A stretch of DNA of 64,000 bases. Origin: Lachnospiraceae bacterium (GTDB lineage Bacteria > Bacillota > Clostridia > Lachnospirales > Lachnospiraceae). The notes beneath the pieces are model-generated. The model was given only the letters and a program-made list of their open reading frames with translations. It was not told the DNA's origin and did no database searches. The DNA is taken from the NCBI GenBank assembly GCA_045627745.1, contig JAZQOI010000006.1:8930-72929 (forward strand). The letters are read 5' to 3'. The translations under genes and the position numbers were made by a program. This document shows, piece by piece, positions 43,824 through 53,298 of this stretch (within the stretch, counting starts at the first letter, position 1; the number at the start of each line of letters is the position of its first letter).

Positions 43824-45125
43824 ATGGATGGTATGCTTTCGCAGGATGAGATTAACGCCCTGCTGAATGGCATGATGGATGGTAATGATGGAAGTGATAC
43901 CCAGTCTGCCGACAGTTCCTCCGGTGGTGCTTCGGCATCCGGAGCAGGTGGTGACGATGTTTTCTTAACTGAAGCTGAAAAGGATGCTGTTGGTGAGGTT
44001 GCCAATATTAGTATGGGTACATCGGCAACTACACTATATTCATTAGTTAATCGTAAAGTTAATATTACGACACCTGTCGTAACAGTGGCTAAATGGGATG
44101 ATATAATTGCTGATTATGAACGTCCGTGTGTATTTATAAAGATTAAATATACTGTTGGTCTTGAAGGTACAAATATTCTTGTACTTAAGGAGGACGATGT
44201 TAAGGTTATCACCGATCTTATGATGGGTGGTGACGGAACCAATATAGAGGGTGATTTAGGTGAGATTCATTTAAGTGCTATTTCTGAGGCTATGAATCAG
44301 ATGATGGGTTCATCAGCAACATCACTTTCCTCTATGCTTGGTAAGATGATTGATATTTCTCCACCGGAAGCGAGCCTTGTTGCTCTTGATTCCGTGGAGT
44401 CTACTGATGATTTATCGACGTTTTTACAGAGTACATTTGTACGTATTACATTCAGAATGCAGATCGGTGATTTGGTTGATAGTAATATTATGCAGTTGTA
44501 TCCTGTATCTTTCGCTAAAGAGTTGTATTCATACTTTATGGATAATCAGGAACCCGAACCTGAACCGGCACCTGAACCCGCACCGGCGCCGGCGCCAGCT
44601 CCTATGCCATCAATGCCCGCACCATCGATGGATATGGGAATGGGAATGGGCATGGGTATGCCGGATACGTCAATGAATATGGGAGCACCTCAAGGAATGG
44701 GAATGGGCATGAGCCCCGGTATGGGCATGGGTATGTCACCCGGAATGGGAATGGGTATGCCTCCCGGAATGGGCATGGGCATGGCCCCCGGTATGGGTAT
44801 GAACATGGGCATGCAACAGCCAATGGCTAATGTAAACATTCAACCCGCATCATTCCAGGCTTTTTCAAATGACGTAAATGCAATGCAGAGTCAGGAGAAT
44901 ATAGCACTTATTAAGGATGTTCCGTTGGAAGTGACGGTTGAACTTGGACGAACTCAGAAATCTATTAATGATATTCTTGATTTTGCTCCGGGTACAATTA
45001 TCGAACTTGACAAGATTGCCGGTGAGCCTGTAGATGTTCTGGTTAATGGCAAGTTGGTCGCCAAAGGTGAAGTAGTAGTTATTGAAGAAAACTTTGGTGT
45101 CAGAGTAACTGAAATTATAAACTAA
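43824..45125 (+). CDS. fliY: flagellar motor switch phosphatase FliY (CheC-like domain + FliN/SpoA C-terminus) with an internal Pro/Ala then Met-Gly repeat linker
   Basis: 433 aa. LSQDEINALL, EKDAVGEVANISMGTSATTL and AISEAMNQMMGSSATSL (CheC-type motifs). C-terminal VPLEVTVELGRT...VNGKLVAKGEVVVIEENFGVRVTEI (FliN). Confidence 0.9.
   Translation: MDGMLSQDEINALLNGMMDGNDGSDTQSADSSSGGASASGAGGDDVFLTEAEKDAVGEVANISMGTSATTLYSLVNRKVNITTPVVTVAKWDDIIADYERPCVFIKIKYTVGLEGTNILVLKEDDVKVITDLMMGGDGTNIEGDLGEIHLSAISEAMNQMMGSSATSLSSMLGKMIDISPPEASLVALDSVESTDDLSTFLQSTFVRITFRMQIGDLVDSNIMQLYPVSFAKELYSYFMDNQEPEPEPAPEPAPAPAPAPMPSMPAPSMDMGMGMGMGMPDTSMNMGAPQGMGMGMSPGMGMGMSPGMGMGMPPGMGMGMAPGMGMNMGMQQPMANVNIQPASFQAFSNDVNAMQSQENIALIKDVPLEVTVELGRTQKSINDILDFAPGTIIELDKIAGEPVDVLVNGKLVAKGEVVVIEENFGVRVTEIIN
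44550..44813 (+). repeat. in-frame low-complexity coding repeats: (EP/AP)n, then (ATGGGN)n, including five tandem 24-nt units encoding GMGMGM(S/P/A)P
   Basis: Units at 44694-44717, 44718-44741, 44742-44765, 44766-44789 and 44790-44813. An earlier MGMGMGMGM run at about 44633-44659. A Pro/Ala/Glu tract from 44550. Confidence 0.9.
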
Positions 45126-45143
45126 AGATTAGGAGAATGAAAA

Positions 45144-45506
45144 ATGGCAAAAAATATTTTAATCAGTGATGACGCAGCGTTTATGAGAATGATGATTAAG
45201 GATATTCTTACCAAGAATGGTTATAATGTTGTTGGCGAGGCCGAAAATGGTGCACGTGCAGTGGAAAAGTATAATGAGCTTAAGCCTGATCTTGTTCTCA
45301 TGGATATCACAATGCCTGAGATGGATGGTATTCAGGCACTTAAGAAAATTAAAGAAAGCGATCCAAGTGCACTTGTTATTATGTGTTCTGCAATGGGTCA
45401 GCAGGCAATGGTTATTGAATCAATTCAGGCCGGCGCTAAGGACTTCATTGTTAAGCCTTTCCAGGCTGATCGTGTAATTGAGGCAGTTAAGAAGGTAGTT
45501 GGCTAA
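45144..45506 (+). CDS. cheY: chemotaxis response regulator CheY
   Basis: 120-aa single receiver domain. DD...MDITMPEMDG (phospho-Asp)...KPF. Confidence 0.95.
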   Translation: MAKNILISDDAAFMRMMIKDILTKNGYNVVGEAENGARAVEKYNELKPDLVLMDITMPEMDGIQALKKIKESDPSALVIMCSAMGQQAMVIESIQAGAKDFIVKPFQADRVIEAVKKVVG

Positions 45507-45508
45507 TA

Positions 45509-45886
45509 ATGTGCTGTATTCTTTTAGCTACTTCTAAGACAGACAGTATTGCGCAGTTCGTCACGGTATTTATAGTATTTGTTTTGGTGCTTGCAATGGT
45601 TTATGGAACCACTGTGTTAGTAGGCAAAGGTCAGAAGCTGTATTCGAACAATCGCAATTTTGAGGCAATTGAGACTTTTAAAGTCACGAACAATAAATAT
45701 CTTCAGCTTGTCAGAGTCGGTACCAGATATTTTGTAATTGCTATCGGTAAAGATACAATTACATATTTGCAGGAACTTGATGAATCAGAGCTTGATTTGT
45801 CGGTTAAGAATGGTAGCGATAATGACAAGTTTGCGAAGATATTTGACAGTGCCAAAAATAAGCTATCCAAACGGGGCGAGAAATAA
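45509..45886 (+). CDS. fliO: flagellar biosynthesis protein FliO/FliZ
   Basis: 125 aa. One N-terminal TM, then LQLVRVGTRYFVIAIGKDTITYLQEL typical of FliO/FliZ. Lies immediately upstream of and overlapping fliP. Confidence 0.7.
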   Translation: MCCILLATSKTDSIAQFVTVFIVFVLVLAMVYGTTVLVGKGQKLYSNNRNFEAIETFKVTNNKYLQLVRVGTRYFVIAIGKDTITYLQELDESELDLSVKNGSDNDKFAKIFDSAKNKLSKRGEK

Positions 45887-46767
45887 TGGTTGATTTTTTA
45901 TTACGTGGAGGCAGGATAAGGCAGATATGCATATCTCTGCTTCTATGTGTATTTATTTGTGTAGCTTTTCCAAGTGTTGTAAAGGCTACAGATGTTGATG
46001 ATATTGGCATCACAGATGACAATGGTGTTAATGAGAATAAGACGGTAATCAATGATCCGGGAACAGCAACGGATGCAGATGATCTTCGTGAGCTTAATGT
46101 TGGTAATAATCTCTCTGTTACATATCAGGACGGAGAGGGAAATTTATCCGGTACTTTAAGGATTCTTATTATCCTTACGCTTATTGCCCTTGCTCCGACC
46201 CTCATCATATTGATGACTTCGTTCACACGAATTTTGATTGTTTTGCATTTCGTAAGGTCAGCGTTAGGTACTCAGACAGCACCTCCTAATCAGGTGCTTA
46301 TCGGATTATCTTTGTTTCTGACCTTTTTTATTATGAATCCTGTTATTACGGAAATAAATACTACCGCCATACAGCCTTTTGAGGCGGGTGAGATTTCACA
46401 GCAGGAATTTATTGATACTGCAGTTGTTCCGCTAAGAGAGTTTATGTATGGACAGACTAAAACAAAGGATGTTCGACTGTTTCTTGATATTAGTGGAATT
46501 GATTCTGTAGACAATATTGATGATATTCCTACAAGGGTATTGGTTCCCGCATTTATTATCAGTGAATTAAGAACTGCTTTTATTATAGGATTTTTGATCT
46601 ATATCCCATTTATTGTTATCGATATGGTTGTGGCATCAACGCTAATGTCAATGGGTATGATGATGTTACCGCCTACGACAATTTCTATGCCTTTTAAGAT
46701 TCTGCTCTTTGTTCTTGCTGATGGATGGAATCTTGTGATTGGTAATCTTGTCAGAACCTTTTATTAG
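45886..46767 (+). CDS. fliP: flagellar type III export apparatus protein FliP (with a long N-terminal extension)
   Basis: 293 aa. Conserved core from LRILIILTLIALAPTLIILMTSFTRILIVL onward. Preceded by a signal-like TM and a roughly 60-aa acidic/Asn/Thr-rich segment. Confidence 0.9.
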   Translation: MVDFLLRGGRIRQICISLLLCVFICVAFPSVVKATDVDDIGITDDNGVNENKTVINDPGTATDADDLRELNVGNNLSVTYQDGEGNLSGTLRILIILTLIALAPTLIILMTSFTRILIVLHFVRSALGTQTAPPNQVLIGLSLFLTFFIMNPVITEINTTAIQPFEAGEISQQEFIDTAVVPLREFMYGQTKTKDVRLFLDISGIDSVDNIDDIPTRVLVPAFIISELRTAFIIGFLIYIPFIVIDMVVASTLMSMGMMMLPPTTISMPFKILLFVLADGWNLVIGNLVRTFY

Positions 46768-46796
46768 CAAAGGTTCTATGATTGATGGAGTAAGAT

Positions 46797-47066
46797 ATGA
46801 CTATTGATACTGTTGTTGAGATAACAAGAACAACTTTATATACGATTATAATAACTTCAGCTCCAATGCTGATAATATCTCTTGTATTAGGTCTTATTGT
46901 CAGTATTTTTCAGACAGTTACATCTATTCAGGAACAGACATTAACCTTTGTTCCTAAGCTATTGGGAATATTTGTTATGTTGATGATACTTGGTCATTGG
47001 ATGCTAAATACTATTATTGAGTTTATGAGTGAGTTGTGGGGCAATTTTTCCATATATATAAGGTGA
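46797..47066 (+). CDS. fliQ: flagellar type III export apparatus protein FliQ
   Basis: 89 aa with two TM. SIFQTVTSIQEQTLTFVPKL signature. Confidence 0.95.
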   Translation: MTIDTVVEITRTTLYTIIITSAPMLIISLVLGLIVSIFQTVTSIQEQTLTFVPKLLGIFVMLMILGHWMLNTIIEFMSELWGNFSIYIR

Positions 47067-47070
47067 GAGA

Positions 47071-47853
47071 ATGATTGATTATTCTTTTTCGTATTCGGAT
47101 CTTGAATGCTTTTTACTGATTTTTGTCCGATTATCATGTTTTATTTTTACGGCACCTTTTTTTTCTGTAAGTAATGTTCCAAGGCGTGTTAAGGCCGGAC
47201 TGAGTTTCTTCCTTGCATTTCTTATCTATGGAGCGCTTGATAATAAGGCGGTTCCTGATTATTCAGGTGTTCTTGGTTATTCAACGCTGGTACTTAAGGA
47301 AGCAATATGTGGATTACTTATAGGATTTGGAGCTAATATTTGTAATTCCATTGTTAATTTCGCAGGTAGAATAGCTGATGCGGAAATCGGTATTTCAATG
47401 ATTTCACTTTTGGATCCTTCCACTAAGGAACAGACCGGTTTTACAGGCGTGATTTACCAATATGCGGTTATGCTTTTAATGTTGGTAACAAATCTCCATC
47501 ATTTTTTTATTAAAGCAATTTATGAGACCTTTGAGATTATTCCTATTGGAATGGCAATATTTGATTCGGAAAAAATAGTAACAACTTCAATACAGTATCT
47601 TGATGATTATGTTATGATTTCCTTTCGAATATGTCTTCCTGTTGTTGCATCGATTATGATTACGAATGCTGTGCTTGGTATTCTTGTTAAATCAGCTCCT
47701 CAGATTAATATGTTTTCTGTTGGTATTCAGATTAAAATGTTAGTAGGTTTGGTGGTGCTGTTTATTACAATCAATGTTTTGCCAAGTGCTTCTGAATATA
47801 TATTTAAAGAGATGAAAATTATTATGACAGCAATGGTTGAGAGTATGAGCTAG
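47071..47853 (+). CDS. fliR: flagellar type III export apparatus protein FliR
   Basis: 260-aa polytopic protein. FLLIFVRLSCFIFTAPFFS start typical of FliR. Confidence 0.9.
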   Translation: MIDYSFSYSDLECFLLIFVRLSCFIFTAPFFSVSNVPRRVKAGLSFFLAFLIYGALDNKAVPDYSGVLGYSTLVLKEAICGLLIGFGANICNSIVNFAGRIADAEIGISMISLLDPSTKEQTGFTGVIYQYAVMLLMLVTNLHHFFIKAIYETFEIIPIGMAIFDSEKIVTTSIQYLDDYVMISFRICLPVVASIMITNAVLGILVKSAPQINMFSVGIQIKMLVGLVVLFITINVLPSASEYIFKEMKIIMTAMVESMS

Positions 47854-47983
47854 ATTATTTTTCCGGATTAGCTAATGTTTTATTTTTTATAGAAGATAAT
47901 TACGTCGAGTCGTATTTTTATATCATGAATTTGGTGATGAAATGGCAGAATATTTAATTTTGCATGGTGAATCGGTAGGAGTA

Positions 47984-49105
47984 ATGTTTGACTTAAACCT
48001 TCAGTATTTTGCAAAGGAAGGTCCCGGAGGTGAAAAAACAGAACCTGCTACTGATAAGAAAAAGGAAGATGCAAGAAAAGAGGGACAGGTTGCAAAAAGC
48101 AGGGAGCTTGGTTCGGCTGTCAGTCTTTTTGCGTTATTTGTAGTATTAAAGGTGTATGTGGGTAATCTGGGTAATTCATTTCTTGAGTGTTTTTCCAAGG
48201 CATACAGGCATATTCCGGAATTGACAAATCTTGTTTCGGATGAAATACCCGTACATGATTTTGTAGGTGTAATTAATGATTTTATTCTGGATATGATATT
48301 AATGCTTTTGCCATTCCTTTTAGCAGGCTTTGTTATTGCATTTGTTACGGAATTAATACAGGTAAAGTGGAAACCTACCACGAAAACTCTGCAGCCCAAA
48401 TTCAGCAAAATCAATCCCATTAACGGGTTTAAAAGACTGTTTTCTTTAGATAAGCTTCTTGATTTGTTTAAGGCTCTTATTAAGCTTTTGGTGATTGGCT
48501 ACATGGCCTATTCCACCTTGCGTGATCAGGTCAACCAACTGTTCCTGTTATACGATATGGAGCTTATTGGTGCTATAAATCTTTTTGGAAATATAGTTCT
48601 TGATTTGGCCATTAGGGTTTCGGCTGTATATCTTATAATAGGCATTCTTGATTACGCCTATCAGAAGTGGAAATTTAATGAAGATTTGAAGATGACCAAG
48701 CAGGAGGTTAAGGACGAATGGAAGAATTCTGAAGGAGATCCTGCTGTTAAAGGTAAACAGAAGCAGCGTATGCAGGAGGCTTCAAGGAGAAGAATGATGC
48801 AGCAGGTTCCACAGGCTGATGTGGTTATTACAAACCCTACTCATTTTGCTGTAGCTATTAAGTATGATTTGACTGTAGCACCTGCCCCCTATGTTGTTGC
48901 CAAGGGAGCTGATTTTATGGCTGCTCGAATTAAGGAAGAGGCTAAAAAGTATAATATAGAAATTGTTGAAAACAAGCCTCTTGCCAGAATGTTATATTAC
49001 AACGTGGATTTGGAAAGTCAGATTCCTCCTGAACTATATAGTACGGTAGCGGAAATCTTAGCTGTAATTTATAACAAACGTGAAGCCAATACGAACGTAG
49101 GCTAA
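47984..49105 (+). CDS. flhB: flagellar type III export switch protein FlhB
   Basis: ORF 47942-49105, ATG 47984 after GGTAGGAG. LQYFAKEGPGGEKTEPATDKKKEDARKEGQV N-terminus and the NPTH autocleavage site (VVITNPTHFAVAI). Confidence 0.9.
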   Translation: MFDLNLQYFAKEGPGGEKTEPATDKKKEDARKEGQVAKSRELGSAVSLFALFVVLKVYVGNLGNSFLECFSKAYRHIPELTNLVSDEIPVHDFVGVINDFILDMILMLLPFLLAGFVIAFVTELIQVKWKPTTKTLQPKFSKINPINGFKRLFSLDKLLDLFKALIKLLVIGYMAYSTLRDQVNQLFLLYDMELIGAINLFGNIVLDLAIRVSAVYLIIGILDYAYQKWKFNEDLKMTKQEVKDEWKNSEGDPAVKGKQKQRMQEASRRRMMQQVPQADVVITNPTHFAVAIKYDLTVAPAPYVVAKGADFMAARIKEEAKKYNIEIVENKPLARMLYYNVDLESQIPPELYSTVAEILAVIYNKREANTNVG

Positions 49106-49128
49106 TTTATTGGGAAGGAGGAGAGAAG

Positions 49129-51168
49129 ATGAAGTTTGCAAAATCAGATCTTGGTGTTGCATTATACCTGTTATGTGCCTTCGTATTCCTCATTATTCCA
49201 ATAAGCTCAACTATTCTTGATATTTGTCTTGCGGTAAATATAGCAGTTGCCTTTGCAATCTTATTTAATTCAATGTTTGCAAAGGAAGTTTTGGATATGT
49301 CATTTTATCCTACAATGCTATTGTTCACCACACTGTTTAGAATTTCTCTTAACGTATCATCAACAAGACTTATTCTTACAACCGGTTCCCCAGGTAACGT
49401 TGTTGAAACCTTTGGAAATTTCGTTGGTGGTGGCGATTTGATTATGGGTGCGATTGTATTCATAATTCTGTTGATTGTTCAGTTTATGGTTATCAACAAG
49501 GGTTCCGAGCGTGTTGCTGAGGTAACTGCCCGTTTTACTCTTGATGCTATGCCGGGTAAGCAGATGGCCATTGATGCCGACTTAAATACCGGTGCAATTA
49601 CTGATGAAGAGGCTAAGAAGCGAAGAGAAAAGATTCAGGAGGAGGCAAGCTTCTTTGGTTCCATGGATGGTGCGGTTAAGTATGTAAAGGGAGATGCAAC
49701 CGCAGGTCTTATTATTACCGCTGTAAATATTATTGGTGGTATTGCAATGGGTATGCTTCGAGGCGGCATGGATTTTCAGGATGCTTTGTCTAAGTATACG
49801 ATTCTTACAATAGGTGATGGTCTTGTTTCTCAGATTCCTTCCCTTGTTATATCTCTTTCAACCGGTATTCTGGTAACTAAGGGTGGTAAGGAGGCTGATT
49901 TTGGTAACATTATTGTAAAACAGCTTTTTGGTATGCCGAAGGCGCTGTATTTTGTTGGTGGAATTATTGCATTTTTAGGTATATTCACACCACTTAATCT
50001 TTTACTTTTTGTAACAGTCGGAGCTATTTTTATAGTAACAGGTCGTATGGTTGCCAATACTCTTGAGGAGGCAAAGGTTGAGGCTAAGGTTGATGAAACA
50101 GAAACCGAGGCGGAAGAGATTAGAAAGCCTGAAAATGTTGTTTCGCTGTTGCAGGTTGATCCTATTGAGCTTGAATTTGGTTACGGAATTATTCCACTGG
50201 CTGACGTTAATCAGGGTGGAGACTTGCTTGACCGAGTTGTTATGATTCGTCGTCAGGTTGCCTTAGAGCTTGGTACTGTTGTACCGATTATTCGATTGAG
50301 AGATAATATTCAGCTTAATCCTAATCAGTATATTATTAAAATCAAAGGTATTCAGGTCAGCGAGGGAGAGATTCTTTTTGACCATTATATGGCAATGAAT
50401 CCGGGCTATGCTGAGGAGGAAATTTCAGGTATACCTACTTTTGAACCTTCCTTCCATTTACCGGCGCTGTGGATTACAGAGTCTCAGAGAGAACGTGCAG
50501 AGAGCCTTGGATATACGGTTGTAGATCCACCTTCCATTATTGCAACGCATTTAACAGAGGTAATCAGACAGCATATTTCTGAGCTTCTTACACGTCAGGA
50601 TGTTCAGAATCTTATTAATAATTTAAAGGAGTCCAATCCATCACTTGTGGACGAGCTTACGCCTAAGCTGCTTGGACTTGGTGAAATTCAGAAGGTATTA
50701 CAGAATCTGTTGCGTGAGGGGATTTCAATACGAGATTTACTTACGATTTTTGAAACTTTGGCAGATCATTCTGTAATTACGAGAGATACAGATGTATTAA
50801 CGGAATATGTAAGACAAAGTCTTAAACGTGCAATTAGTGCTAAATATTTTCCGGGTAATGAGGCTACTCAGGTTGTTACCCTTGATCCTAAGCTGGAACA
50901 GGAGATAATGGCTTCTGTAAAGCAGACCGAGCAGGGTGCGTATCTTACACTGGATCCGGAAAAGACAAGGGCAATAATAAAGGCTGTGGAGGTTGAAACG
51001 GCCAAGCTTGAGAATATGGGAAAGAATCCAATTATTATTACATCCCCTATTGTTAGAATGTATTTTAAAAAGCTCACCGAGGATTATTTCAAGGAATTAA
51101 TCGTCGTATCATATAATGAAGTGGACAGTAATGTTGAATTGCAGTCTGTTGGGATGGTGACAGTATAA
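49129..51168 (+). CDS. flhA: flagellar type III export gate protein FlhA
   Basis: 679 aa. FRISLNVSSTRLIL, FHIPE-like region ERVAEVTARFTLDAMPGKQMAIDADL, large cytoplasmic C-domain. Confidence 0.95.
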   Translation: MKFAKSDLGVALYLLCAFVFLIIPISSTILDICLAVNIAVAFAILFNSMFAKEVLDMSFYPTMLLFTTLFRISLNVSSTRLILTTGSPGNVVETFGNFVGGGDLIMGAIVFIILLIVQFMVINKGSERVAEVTARFTLDAMPGKQMAIDADLNTGAITDEEAKKRREKIQEEASFFGSMDGAVKYVKGDATAGLIITAVNIIGGIAMGMLRGGMDFQDALSKYTILTIGDGLVSQIPSLVISLSTGILVTKGGKEADFGNIIVKQLFGMPKALYFVGGIIAFLGIFTPLNLLLFVTVGAIFIVTGRMVANTLEEAKVEAKVDETETEAEEIRKPENVVSLLQVDPIELEFGYGIIPLADVNQGGDLLDRVVMIRRQVALELGTVVPIIRLRDNIQLNPNQYIIKIKGIQVSEGEILFDHYMAMNPGYAEEEISGIPTFEPSFHLPALWITESQRERAESLGYTVVDPPSIIATHLTEVIRQHISELLTRQDVQNLINNLKESNPSLVDELTPKLLGLGEIQKVLQNLLREGISIRDLLTIFETLADHSVITRDTDVLTEYVRQSLKRAISAKYFPGNEATQVVTLDPKLEQEIMASVKQTEQGAYLTLDPEKTRAIIKAVEVETAKLENMGKNPIIITSPIVRMYFKKLTEDYFKELIVVSYNEVDSNVELQSVGMVTV

Positions 51169-52385
51169 TGGTTATTAAAAAGTTTCAGGGTAAAACCGAA
51201 GAGGAAGCAATTAACCTGGCCAAGAAGGAGCTTGGCGAGGCAGTTGTTATAATGAATGTAAAAACAATAAAGAAAAAGGGAATTGCGGCTCTTTTTTCTA
51301 AGCCTACCACAGAAATTACCGTTGCTCTGGAGGATGAAAAGGAAAAACAGAATTTTAAGCCCATTCTTCCGGCTGCTACCGTTAGACATAAGGTGGAAAG
51401 TGCAAGGGCTAACGCTGTTAAGCCTGATATAATATTAGATGATGAAGTAAAAGAGCCGGAAACAAGAGTTAAGTCTGATTCGGTAGATATTTTAGAGGAG
51501 AAGCTAGAAAGTCTTCATGAGCTTCTTGAAAAACAGTTAGAAAAGGACAATAAGGTTAAAGAAGAAGAGGACTATGACGAAGTCCCCGACGATAAAATGG
51601 CGTTCCTTAAATTATTGTATAATACTCTTATTGAAAATGAAGTAGATGAAAAATATGCCAACGATATTATAGATGAGCTTGGTAAGATTAAAAAGCCAAA
51701 TGCAGGTATAGATTTCGTTTTGGCAAATATTTATCAGAAGATGATTTTGAAGTTTGGAAGACCTAATACAATTACACCAGCAGGGGATGGTGCAAAGCTC
51801 GTATTTTTTATAGGACCTACCGGTGTGGGTAAAACAACCACTATTGCGAAAATCGCATCCAAGCTTAGTGTTGATGACAAGAAAAAGGTTGCCCTGCTTA
51901 CTACTGATACATATAGAATTGCGGCAGCAGAGCAGCTAAGAACATATGCAAGTATTTTAGATGCTCCTTTTAGGGTAATTTATACTGAGGATGAGGTACT
52001 TAAGGCCATTGAAGATTATAAGGACTTTGATTATGTTCTTGTAGATACGGCAGGCCATTCTCATCATAATGAAGCTCAGAAAAACAGCATGAAGCAATTT
52101 CTTCATTGTGTGGATGACAAGGTTGAAAAGGAAACATATCTTGTTGTCAGTGCAACTACAAAATACAGAGATTTAATAAGTATTGCAGATGCCTATTCGG
52201 AAATGACAGATTATAAGCTGATTTTTACAAAGCTTGATGAAACAACGACGTTTGGTAACTTATTTAATTTAAAAATGCATACAGGTTCTGAAATGTCTTA
52301 TGTGACCTGTGGTCAGAACGTTCCTGATGATATAGAGGAATTTAGTCCTCAGGATACTGTAAAACAGTTGTTAGGAGGACGTTAA
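51168..52385 (+). CDS. flhF: flagellar SRP-type GTPase FlhF
   Basis: 405 aa. GPTGVGKTTTIAKIA (G1), DTAG, TKLDE. The ATG overlaps the flhA stop. Confidence 0.9.
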   Translation: MVIKKFQGKTEEEAINLAKKELGEAVVIMNVKTIKKKGIAALFSKPTTEITVALEDEKEKQNFKPILPAATVRHKVESARANAVKPDIILDDEVKEPETRVKSDSVDILEEKLESLHELLEKQLEKDNKVKEEEDYDEVPDDKMAFLKLLYNTLIENEVDEKYANDIIDELGKIKKPNAGIDFVLANIYQKMILKFGRPNTITPAGDGAKLVFFIGPTGVGKTTTIAKIASKLSVDDKKKVALLTTDTYRIAAAEQLRTYASILDAPFRVIYTEDEVLKAIEDYKDFDYVLVDTAGHSHHNEAQKNSMKQFLHCVDDKVEKETYLVVSATTKYRDLISIADAYSEMTDYKLIFTKLDETTTFGNLFNLKMHTGSEMSYVTCGQNVPDDIEEFSPQDTVKQLLGGR

Positions 52386-52386
52386 T

Positions 52387-53283
52387 ATGGATCAGGCAGA
52401 ACAGTTACGTAATATAATTAAAATGAATTCGCCTATTTCTCGTCCTACTGCCAGGGTTATTACAGTAACCAGTGGTAAGGGCGGTGTTGGGAAATCAAAT
52501 GTTTCTATTAATCTGGCAGTTCAGTTAAGACGACTGGGTCAGAGAGTAATTATTTTTGATGCAGACTTTGGACTGGCTAATATTGAGGTAATGTTTGGTG
52601 CTATTCCCAAGCACAATCTGGGAGACCTTGTATACCAGGGAAAGAATATTCGTGAAATAATAACGGCAGGTCCTATGGATATTGGTTTTATTTCAGGAGG
52701 CTCAGGTATTGCGGGACTTACCAATTTGGGACGTGATTACATTAATTATCTAATTCAAAATTTAGCTGAGCTTGATATGCTTGCGGATGTTATAATAATA
52801 GATACGGGGGCGGGTATATCTGATGCAGTAATAGAATTCTTAGTTGCCAGTGGTGAGGTGCTTCTTGTAACAACACCTGAGCCAACATCAATTACTGATT
52901 CCTATTCGCTATTAAAGGCTCTTAACAGACATGTTCGATTCAATAAGGAAATGACAACTATAAAAGTAATTGCCAATAAGGTTCATTCCCCGGAGGAGGG
53001 GCAGCAACTGTATAATAAGCTTAATGCGGTTGTTAGCAGATATTTAAAGATACCAATTACTTACTTAGGGCATGTTCCTGAGGATTCGCAGTTAGTTAAG
53101 GCTGTTATGCAGCAGATGCCGATATCTATTGATAATCCAAATGCCAAGAGTGCTAAGGCCTTTGAGAATATTGCAAGGGTTCTTACAAATAATGCTTTGG
53201 ATGTTAATTTTAGAAAACATGGTATGACAGGATTTTTCGCCAATATGGTGCGAGGAATAAAAACAAGAGAATGGCAGCAGTAA
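52387..53283 (+). CDS. flhG: MinD/ParA-type ATPase FlhG (YlxH)
   Basis: 298 aa. Deviant Walker A SGKGGVGKSNV. Follows flhF. Confidence 0.9.
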   Translation: MDQAEQLRNIIKMNSPISRPTARVITVTSGKGGVGKSNVSINLAVQLRRLGQRVIIFDADFGLANIEVMFGAIPKHNLGDLVYQGKNIREIITAGPMDIGFISGGSGIAGLTNLGRDYINYLIQNLAELDMLADVIIIDTGAGISDAVIEFLVASGEVLLVTTPEPTSITDSYSLLKALNRHVRFNKEMTTIKVIANKVHSPEEGQQLYNKLNAVVSRYLKIPITYLGHVPEDSQLVKAVMQQMPISIDNPNAKSAKAFENIARVLTNNALDVNFRKHGMTGFFANMVRGIKTREWQQ

Positions 53284-53298
53284 AAGAGGAGAATAGGT

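Noticed and set aside
44350-44823. Alternative-frame ORFs (108 aa on +, 73 aa on -) across the FliY repeat region
   Set aside because: They are artefacts of the ATGGGN periodic repeat, which stays open in several frames. The FliY frame is continuous with conserved domains on both sides.
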